Shown one piece after another: positions 9,501 to 15,926 of a stretch of DNA of 41,190 nt. Positions within the stretch are counted from its first letter, which is position 1. Each line of letters opens with the position of its first letter. The stretch is from a virus. The notes beneath the pieces are model-generated. The model worked only from the letters and a program-made list of their open reading frames with translations. It was not told the origin of the DNA and did not search any database. The translations under genes and the position numbers were made by a program. The stretch is taken from IMG/VR virus record IMGVR_UViG_3300045988_109834, positions 1 through 41,190 of that record; one strand, given 5' to 3'.

Positions 9501-12063
9501 CAACAATAAGACCACGAACTTGTCTCTGAATGGAGCTACACCGGATAAACCGGTACAGGTATCATTCTTGCATCAGGATGATTCAGGACTTGACTGGGAA
9601 ATAGCATACAGGGCATACAAGTTTGTAAAGCTGACAGGAATCAGTGTCACTACACTTCCGAATAAGACCAGATACAAAGTTAAAGAATCATTTGATTCCA
9701 CAGGAATGATTGTTACGGCAAACTTTGATGATGGTTCGTCAGAAACAGTGACAAAATATACTCTGACCCAGCCTGACATGACCACATCTGGCACAAAGAC
9801 TATCACCGTGACCTCTGAGAATAAAAATACCTCTTTCGATATTCTGGTTGTTGATGTAACTGAAATTATTGTAACTACGCTACCATCCAAAACAAGATAT
9901 TATGAAGATGATACTTTTTCATCGGACGGCATTGTAGTCTCACAAGTATACAGTGATGGGGCTAAAGAGAACATATCAGGCTTTACATTATCCAAACCTG
10001 ATATGTCTGCAGGCGGCGAGAAGACAGTAACCGTAACTTACAGTAAGTTTACGACTACATTTACGATCACGGTAATTGGTATATCCGGGATAGAAGTCTC
10101 CAAAATGCCGACAAAGACAGAATACTATTTAGGTGACAGCCTTGACGCGTCTGGCCTTGTAGTGGTATCCAGATATACAGATAACACCACGAAGAAACTG
10201 GAAAATTATAGTATATCCAAGCTTGACAGCTCTTCAGTTGGTGAGAAAACAATTACAGTAACTTATAAAACGCATACAGTGTCTTTTAAGGTAAACGTAT
10301 ACAAGGCAAGTGGCATCAGAATCTCCCATTTTCCCGCTAAGACGTTCTATAAGATCGGGGAGTCTCTGGATCTGTCGGGAATGTCTGTAAATCTGATCAG
10401 AAATGATGGTTCGGAAAAAGCGATCACAGATTATAGCGTATCCGGATTCGACAGCTCAAAAGTCGGAACCGAGACCATAACTGTATCTTGTAACATGATG
10501 GTTAATGGTACGAACACCTTTATAGGTTCCGACAGCTTTCAAATTAAAGTAACAAACGATGGTAAAAACCCATTTGACAGCAGCACAGGCAGAGGCGATA
10601 CAGGAGAAACTGAGGAAAATACAGAGCCAGTGTACGTAACAGTCCATTGGATAGATGGGGAGTTCGAGGATCTGACCCATGAAAATGGTGGTATCAAGGC
10701 AAATACGTTTGTTCTTCAGGAGTCTATCTGTTCTGAGCAGTACTTTATCTTTGGTGGCTGCATCTCCAACCAAGTGTCATTTGAAACAGGACACAAACAG
10801 TTCTGGGGGACAGATGAAGACTCATACCCGTCCGGCAGAATTGAGGTGTATCTGGAATGCAATAAAACACAGATCAAGGTATTCACAGGCAGGATTGCAA
10901 GTGCAGAGAGGACTTCTATTTATTCGACAAGGAAGATTGTAGCCTACGACTATCTGTATGATCTCAGAAACACAGATATTGCAAGATGGTACAAGAGCCA
11001 GATTGCCGATAAGAAGAAAAAACTTACACAGAAACAGTTCCGCGATATGTTGTTTAAATTCTTAGGCATTGAACAAATATCTACAAAGCTGCACTGGGAT
11101 GATGCTTATGTGCCATATACAAACAATGCGAATGAAATAAATGCGGTTAATGTTATAAAAGACCTGTGCCTTCAGAACGACCGCTTTGGATGGATGAATA
11201 GGGACGGCAAGTTTGAATACCTAAAACTTCGCCAAAACAGTCAGGAAACAGGCGAAACTACTTCAGGAAAGAAGATTTATAAATATTATGATAATGCAGA
11301 GGTCCATCTTGATACGTTCAAAAGCTTTTGGGCGAAAGAGGGAAGAATCTGGTTTCCGCATACGATTCTCACAGATCCAGATCCTAATAGAGCGTTTGGA
11401 TTTACGCAGGGCGAACCAACTGCACAGGAAGCGTATGAAAACAATGTCTTCTATAACCGTAACAGCTTTTTTGTGGGTAATGAGGACTGGATGGATTATG
11501 TATGGAACGCGGACGAATATGGTGGAATCAGCAGAGAAAAGCCGATTATCAACATCTGTTATGGTACTTTTGTAAATCAGGACTTGAGAAAATATTATCG
11601 AGCACAAGCCTACACAGTGGAGGTTATCGGAAATCCTCTTAACACTGTTGGGCAGACCGTAGAGCTGCGCGACACGAAGCAGATGGAAGATGGCACAGAA
11701 TTAGAGTGGTATGTACATTCTTATGTCATGAGTAGGACTTTGAAGCTTGGAAACAGCCAGTTGATTGATACTTACAGTGCAAATAATGCACCTTTTAACA
11801 GTAACAGCCGACAGCTTGGAAAAGATACACCTGAGATATCCGCGACCGTAAACCGCACCCGATCAGAAATGCCAGTGGTAAGCTATGGATTCTCGGATGG
11901 TACGAGCGATTTCACCCCGGCTGCTGTTTCTGCTTCTGGAAACACTACAAAAAAGACAACATTACGTTGTATGAAGCGCATCAAAAAAGAAGATTATGAT
12001 AAGCTTCCTGCAGCAATTCGTACCAGGAATGACACTATTTTCATGACATACAAGGAGAGTTAA
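6520..12063 (+). CDS. Giant tail/baseplate protein with Ig-like repeats, a BspA-type leucine-rich-repeat segment and a C-terminal Tal-like tail domain
   Basis: 1847 aa from the ATG at 6520 (GAAGGAGG SD). Ig-like units of the type KIEILTLPTENTFYLGSKLNLDGLTV recur at least 8 times. The LRR segment reads ITSVCGFDYCSNLTSIHLPESLSKVGYDAFYRCSNLTEVTLPENV. The gene lies after Dit. Confidence 0.8.
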   Translation: MADTYKLSSLMGTTSGMTLVTSTIMKSGKTQVLDSYYMYSKVPYGRWYYSQAQQSFDNEITKVSVKYDGNILFTFRNGSLGEYDAFYVIGLTATEKIYKQSGTLDTGEKFDKICVYGTTINLNLASFQVNAIYEMFLISGGKKPQIIFNFIKAPKAYLSRYEYPFTRSSSDKNMTTKLPVKAAPSKIYLTYAGAADKWKVTTDLFSTVTLDNLLGTNWFLCGSYDYSVTVKDSSLFDFFKINNQALSQIVGYGKGRVILQSSGNIICVWGTTNNGTYSSYYAEYMRNVPELTLADGSKFFKMRGRMRVNSGSKTPLIYEMYLLNNQKILIYIAGIPDDDTKATGENYVNLFGVNTSLGEVTAGEKIWLYLDDAGTSYAMKTGNDSEVSKIEILTLPTENTFYLGSKLNLDGLTVRATFADGTTFDILKWNEINVAYTNELGNQAVTVMFRGKTATFQTECLEDKVASIDFTISQDHYMIGESLGYIRVTATRLSGKTESVSTGDYTISGYDPNTQGTQTITVAYEGLTATKEILVDSPETAVLTVVNDSSEPFLINFDTFESMNVVATLTYSDGQTANILPSYSGYDNEAAGEKIISVSYRGLSATYTVQVVEEITRQVSDNITMTLNGLTGKAVVSGSGEIPSDAGMFSNSHESDWHGYGYKTAVKTIEIADGITSVCGFDYCSNLTSIHLPESLSKVGYDAFYRCSNLTEVTLPENVATVNSNAFNSCTNTVLTIKNAECQIYDDNYTLQVAKIKGHIDSTAQSYAEKYAIEFKSLETVTKIEVTKKPKKVYHTGETLSKNDIEVTATFDTGDSRTINSYELEYDFSSTGEKTVKAIYGDFSDSFTVNIVAYNFQELINITEGMQVIRNTKNDDEIDTVDGVDWFKFNNVTADKLYINGNNGIGFGVSSEQLKICRRDGAIWNIYRLETVLDDGTKLLKIRVEGYTHYGASGTHESQIKYELFLFGNGDMYLNVIQSPASTSTYAGTSSLICNNKTTNLSLNGATPDKPVQVSFLHQDDSGLDWEIAYRAYKFVKLTGISVTTLPNKTRYKVKESFDSTGMIVTANFDDGSSETVTKYTLTQPDMTTSGTKTITVTSENKNTSFDILVVDVTEIIVTTLPSKTRYYEDDTFSSDGIVVSQVYSDGAKENISGFTLSKPDMSAGGEKTVTVTYSKFTTTFTITVIGISGIEVSKMPTKTEYYLGDSLDASGLVVVSRYTDNTTKKLENYSISKLDSSSVGEKTITVTYKTHTVSFKVNVYKASGIRISHFPAKTFYKIGESLDLSGMSVNLIRNDGSEKAITDYSVSGFDSSKVGTETITVSCNMMVNGTNTFIGSDSFQIKVTNDGKNPFDSSTGRGDTGETEENTEPVYVTVHWIDGEFEDLTHENGGIKANTFVLQESICSEQYFIFGGCISNQVSFETGHKQFWGTDEDSYPSGRIEVYLECNKTQIKVFTGRIASAERTSIYSTRKIVAYDYLYDLRNTDIARWYKSQIADKKKKLTQKQFRDMLFKFLGIEQISTKLHWDDAYVPYTNNANEINAVNVIKDLCLQNDRFGWMNRDGKFEYLKLRQNSQETGETTSGKKIYKYYDNAEVHLDTFKSFWAKEGRIWFPHTILTDPDPNRAFGFTQGEPTAQEAYENNVFYNRNSFFVGNEDWMDYVWNADEYGGISREKPIINICYGTFVNQDLRKYYRAQAYTVEVIGNPLNTVGQTVELRDTKQMEDGTELEWYVHSYVMSRTLKLGNSQLIDTYSANNAPFNSNSRQLGKDTPEISATVNRTRSEMPVVSYGFSDGTSDFTPAAVSASGNTTKKTTLRCMKRIKKEDYDKLPAAIRTRNDTIFMTYKES
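9631..10530 (+). repeat. Four in-frame tandem 225-nt (75-aa) Ig-like domain repeats inside the giant tail gene
   Basis: Units start at 9631, 9856, 10081 and 10306 (LTGISVTTLPNKTRY / VTEIIVTTLPSKTRY / ISGIEVSKMPTKTEY / ASGIRISHFPAKTFY). Confidence 0.85.
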
Positions 12064-12768
12064 ATGGCAATAGAATATAAAGCTTTTTCCGGTGGAAGAG
12101 AAATAGATGGTTTTTATTCTGGTGGAAAAGAGATACAGGAAATATGGGGCGGTGACACACTTTTGTGGAGAAAGAAAGAGGATGTAGTTGAAGAAGATCC
12201 ATGGTGGTTTGACTATGATCTGTATGCACGGTTTAAAAACCCTGCACCGTACAAGAGAGCAGAAGTTTGCTTCTCAGTACAAGCTAAATATGGAGTTCAA
12301 TATGTCAATTTAGCATATGGATTTTGTGTGCGGGTGGTAAATGGAATATATATGGTTACAGCGGCGGCTGTGGACAATTCCAAGATGGAAGGGAGATATT
12401 ACAATGGTGATACATCAATGGTTCCAACATGGAGACTTACAACGGATACTGGCGATACGGAATTTGCGTATTCTGATTCTGCAAATTGGGATGACACCTT
12501 AAAAAAATACAGCCTTTATAATACAAATCCGGAAAACGTACCGTTTTACTCATGGGGCGGAGCATTTGAAGAGAAACCGTTTTGGTTTAAGGATAGTGAC
12601 AAACAGGCAGGGGTGCTTGATGTAACTTCTCCTAAAATAGCGGGCAGTGATGAACCAGAAGGTAAATATTATTATTATCCATCCAGACTTTTCAGCAGCG
12701 TGGGTGCTATGAAAAAATGGTTACTTGACATGTATAATAATCCGGATAAATGGTGGACAGATAAATAG
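12064..12768 (+). CDS. Tail-associated hypothetical protein
   Basis: 234-aa ORF. Its start abuts the stop of the giant tail gene (TAAATG) and has an AAGGAG SD. Confidence 0.6.
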   Translation: MAIEYKAFSGGREIDGFYSGGKEIQEIWGGDTLLWRKKEDVVEEDPWWFDYDLYARFKNPAPYKRAEVCFSVQAKYGVQYVNLAYGFCVRVVNGIYMVTAAAVDNSKMEGRYYNGDTSMVPTWRLTTDTGDTEFAYSDSANWDDTLKKYSLYNTNPENVPFYSWGGAFEEKPFWFKDSDKQAGVLDVTSPKIAGSDEPEGKYYYYPSRLFSSVGAMKKWLLDMYNNPDKWWTDK

Positions 12769-12807
12769 TGATATATCAGGAGGAAAACAGAACATGAACA
12801 TTCGAGC

Positions 12808-12830
12808 AGAGCCGTAACAGGCTCTTTTAT
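12808..12830 (+). terminator. Weak intrinsic terminator-like hairpin
   Basis: AGAGCC-GTAACA-GGCTCT followed by TTTT. Confidence 0.35.
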
Positions 12831-12837
12831 TATACGC

Positions 12838-12856
12838 AAATTGCGCCCGCGCAAAT
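12838..12856. promoter_or_regulatory. GC-core palindrome, copy 1 (AAATTGCGCCCGCGCAAAT)
   Basis: Near-palindrome related to the 19-mer at 17578 and 39115. It sits just upstream of the SD of the 12876 gene. Confidence 0.5.
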
Positions 12857-12875
12857 AAAAAAGGAGGAAAGCAGA

Positions 12876-13124
12876 ATGAAATCAAACGGATCAAGCTTCG
12901 TAGACGGACAGGCTTACAAAGACGGTGAAGAGATATGGGATCTCGGAAGCCTGGTATGTACAAATGTCCCGCTCCGGGGAGTAAGGAACTATGAGGGGTT
13001 AAGTAAGGACGTAGATAAGCTTCCCCACTACAAAGACCTGTCAACCGGAAGCTCCTGCCTGATGCTGGATACAGGGGACTTCTACAAATACGAGAAGAGT
13101 ACCGATAAGTGGTACAAACTGTGA
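12876..13124 (+). CDS. Hypothetical small tail-fibre-module protein
   Basis: 82-aa ORF with an AAAAGGAGG SD. Confidence 0.6.
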   Translation: MKSNGSSFVDGQAYKDGEEIWDLGSLVCTNVPLRGVRNYEGLSKDVDKLPHYKDLSTGSSCLMLDTGDFYKYEKSTDKWYKL

Positions 13125-13140
13125 GAGGAGATGATGAAAC

Positions 13141-13917
13141 TTGAGAGCAGATGAGGTATATGCAATTCTTAAAGGGAAACTTATTAAACTTACAGAAGAC
13201 ATAAAATCAATGGGTGACTGGGAACCCATACAGCACAAGGGAACCGTCCAGACTGCAGATGATCTTCCGGCTGATGCAAAAGAAGGCTGGATGTATAATA
13301 TTGCCACAGACTCTATCTATGGAGCAGCTGGCATGAATGTAGTAAAGACTGCCGATGGATGGGATCCAATGGGACCGATCATTAACATGGCTCCGTATTT
13401 AATGAAGAAAGAAGCGGAAGAACTCTACCAACCGAAGGGAAATTACCCGACAAAAGAAGAGGTTAAAGAAGGATATCAGCCAAAAGGCAATTACCTTACA
13501 AACATTCCACAGGCAGCAGGAAATGTTCTTGGCGGTATCAAAGCTGAGCCAAAAACAGAAAAAGAGGTGGTTCCGGCAAAGATCGATCCTGACACCGGAA
13601 AGATGTACGTCCCAGAACTTCCTGGCTCAGAAGACCTGTCAAAAGAAGATACAACGCAGCAGATTCTCGAAAAATTACAAGAAGTGATCCCTCTTATCAA
13701 TCAGATTGCACAGAACGGAACCGCAGGGTCTGTAAATGGCTTTTCTTTTGTCCATGGCGATGATGGAAGTGTAATGATAACCTATACACCGGATGGAGCA
13801 TCGGAAGCAGAAGTTGCTGTATTCCCTCGGGAAACAACACAGAAGAAGATCTCTAAGGCGACAAAAGAGATTGCGGACAGTTTAAAGATCATAGCAGGAA
13901 AGGAAGATAAAGCATGA
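13141..13917 (+). CDS. Tail fibre-like protein
   Basis: 258-aa ORF with a TTG start 10 nt after GAGGAG. It contains an internal YQPKGNY(P/L)T duplication and is ATGA-coupled to the DGR target gene. Confidence 0.55.
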   Translation: MRADEVYAILKGKLIKLTEDIKSMGDWEPIQHKGTVQTADDLPADAKEGWMYNIATDSIYGAAGMNVVKTADGWDPMGPIINMAPYLMKKEAEELYQPKGNYPTKEEVKEGYQPKGNYLTNIPQAAGNVLGGIKAEPKTEKEVVPAKIDPDTGKMYVPELPGSEDLSKEDTTQQILEKLQEVIPLINQIAQNGTAGSVNGFSFVHGDDGSVMITYTPDGASEAEVAVFPRETTQKKISKATKEIADSLKIIAGKEDKA

Positions 13918-15134
13918 GTTTAGATATCATGAAAGAAAGCACACAGCAGGAGATCCTCAGCAATATGCAGCTGATATCTGCATTAACAGCCTCAATCGCA
14001 GGCGCGACTCCTGGAAGTGTGACAGTTGAAAGATGGAGCGACGTAGGAGATATCATTGTAACTGGTCTTGGAAAGAAGATATTTGCAATCGGAGATAAGT
14101 TTACAGATACATGGAAAGATACAGCTGATAACAGATCATATGAATTTCCGTGGAGATGCAACTGTTTCAGAAACGTAGAACTGGAAGACGGCAGTACAGT
14201 TCCTGGAATGTTATTACAGATGGCATATGCAACCCCATTCGCTGTGCAGTTCTCAAACGCAAGAGCATTCTTGCGTTGTCCGAATGGTTTAGCGGCTGGT
14301 ACCTACAATGTCACATTTGGAGATACCTGGGGAAGCAAAGACGCAAAAGCAAACACCACATGGCAGTTTACCCTTACAAAAGCAGTCCCGACAGGCGGAC
14401 GTTTGGCTGGATTCATCCAGATGCCGGACGTGGCAGCAACAAGCTGGAAAGTTACAGCTTACGCCGCAGATGGAATCACAAAGCTTGAAACAGTTCCCGT
14501 AACAAGCGGATCAGAAGGGACCTCACTTGGAACAATGAATCTTTCTTCCAGAAACGGAGATTTGAACTCCATGCAGGAAACAGGATATGGATGGAACAGA
14601 TGGAAGACATCTGCATACCGACAGTACCTGAACAGTGACAAGCCAAAAGGACAGTGGTGGACACCGCAGGACGAATGGGACGTAGCACCAGATCAGTTGG
14701 CTACAAAGGACGGTTTCCTGCGGGGTATGCCGAAAGAGCTTCTTGACCAGATCCAGCCAGTAAAAGTGATCACATATACGAATACGGTAAATGATGGCGG
14801 AAATGCTGATGTGACTTATGACAAAGTATTCCTCCCGGCACTTGGTGAAATGTATTATGAACCTCAGATTGATGGAGAGGGAGAACCGCATGACTACTGG
14901 AAAGAACGCAGCGGATCAGCAACAAAACTGAAACAGTACACAGCATATCCGAACATGATCACATATGCAGTTGAGAACCATACATCAGCTCAGATTGTGC
15001 GCTTGCGCTCGGCGTTTCGTGGCGTTGCGCTTTACGCCTGGGTTGTCAACTCAGATGGCGGCGCCGGCTACTACTACGCGTTCAGCGCGTATCGTTCCTC
15101 CCCGCTTGTCGCAATCTGCAGAAAATCAGCATAA
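13914..15134 (+). CDS. DGR target protein: tail-fibre/receptor-binding protein with a C-terminal variable region (C-type-lectin-fold-like)
   Basis: 406-aa ORF whose last 48 codons contain the VR. C-terminus: QIVRLRSAFRGVALYAWVVNSDGGAGYYYAFSAYRSSPLV. Confidence 0.88.
   Translation: MSLDIMKESTQQEILSNMQLISALTASIAGATPGSVTVERWSDVGDIIVTGLGKKIFAIGDKFTDTWKDTADNRSYEFPWRCNCFRNVELEDGSTVPGMLLQMAYATPFAVQFSNARAFLRCPNGLAAGTYNVTFGDTWGSKDAKANTTWQFTLTKAVPTGGRLAGFIQMPDVAATSWKVTAYAADGITKLETVPVTSGSEGTSLGTMNLSSRNGDLNSMQETGYGWNRWKTSAYRQYLNSDKPKGQWWTPQDEWDVAPDQLATKDGFLRGMPKELLDQIQPVKVITYTNTVNDGGNADVTYDKVFLPALGEMYYEPQIDGEGEPHDYWKERSGSATKLKQYTAYPNMITYAVENHTSAQIVRLRSAFRGVALYAWVVNSDGGAGYYYAFSAYRSSPLVAICRKSA
14987..15110 (+). 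repeat. DGR variable repeat (VR)
   Basis: 124 bp aligning gap-free to 15647-15770 (offset 660). There are 19 mismatches, all opposite TR adenines. Confidence 0.93.
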
Positions 15135-15159
15135 TCCCCGTACCCACGGATACGGGGAT
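15134..15159 (+). promoter_or_regulatory. Hairpin downstream of VR (candidate DGR target-recognition cruciform)
   Basis: ATCCCCGTA (15134-15142), 8-nt loop, TACGGGGAT (15151-15159). It begins at the last base of the target stop codon, 24 nt after the VR end. Confidence 0.55.
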
Positions 15160-15173
15160 AGAAAAGAGGAAAC

Positions 15174-15626
15174 ATGTCAGTAAATAAAAGTGATAGGAAT
15201 GTAGCGGACACTCCACAGAACAGACATCTGGATGCAGCATGGAAAGCCAGAGGGCTTTCACTGCATACAATGAAAATCTGCAAAAACAAGAATGTCTTTC
15301 TTCCGGAATATCAGTCCGCACTCACAGACGATATCATCAGACTCTCAAAGGACATCTATTTAAAAGTCCGCAGGTCAAACAACATCAGAATGGATGTCAA
15401 AGACCCGGCAAGAAAAGCGAAGAACTGGGAAGTAAGAAGTAATCTGCAGGTATCAGCAATACTGGATTGCAACGATATGCTCTATCTGATAGAACTTGCC
15501 AGAGCATTGTTTCATCTGAAAGGGAAGAAAGCGGAATACTGGTCTGATCTTACATTGGAAACGAGAGAATACATCAAAAGATGGCATGAATCCGATGTAG
15601 ACAGATATAAAACATACACAAGATAA
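15174..15626 (+). CDS. avd: Accessory variability determinant (Avd)-like protein
   Basis: 150-aa basic, predicted helical ORF with an AAGAGGA SD, located between VR and TR as in BPP-1. The call is mainly positional. Confidence 0.6.
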   Translation: MSVNKSDRNVADTPQNRHLDAAWKARGLSLHTMKICKNKNVFLPEYQSALTDDIIRLSKDIYLKVRRSNNIRMDVKDPARKAKNWEVRSNLQVSAILDCNDMLYLIELARALFHLKGKKAEYWSDLTLETREYIKRWHESDVDRYKTYTR

Positions 15627-15646
15627 AATCATGGGATGTAGGCTAT

Positions 15647-15770
15647 AGCTCAGAATGTGCGCTTGCGCTCGGCGAATCGTGGCAATGCGAATAACGCCTG
15701 GAATGTCAACTCAGATGGCAACGCCAACAACAACAACGCGTTCAACGCGTATCGTTCCTCCCCGATTGTC
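15647..15770 (+). repeat. DGR template repeat (TR)
   Basis: Non-coding copy of the VR with 32 adenines and 13 in-frame AAY codons. Translated in the VR frame it reads QNVRLRSANRGNANNAWNVNSDGNANNNNAFNAYRSSPIV. Confidence 0.93.
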
Positions 15771-15926
15771 TTACATAGGGCATCATAGCTGTTACATAGT
15801 AACGGTTGTCCCGAAGGCATTAGACAAGGAGCCGAAATCCCATCCGAAAGGATAAACAATACCCGTTACGATGCACGTGACTCCACACGGAGCCTGCCAG
15901 TGCTATCACGTGGCGGGACAAGATAA
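15647..15926 (+). ncRNA. Putative DGR template RNA (TR plus 156-nt spacer upstream of the RT)
   Basis: By analogy with the BPP-1 TR-Sp RNA. The spacer contains CACGTGA...TCACGTG pairing. Transcript ends are unknown. Confidence 0.45.

Noticed and set aside
14965-15183. 72-aa ORF, and its paralogue at 15655-15855, with similar N-termini (…RRFVALRFTPG… / …RRIVAMRITPG…)
   Set aside because: These are off-frame translations of the VR and the TR. Their similarity reflects the DGR repeat, not a gene family.
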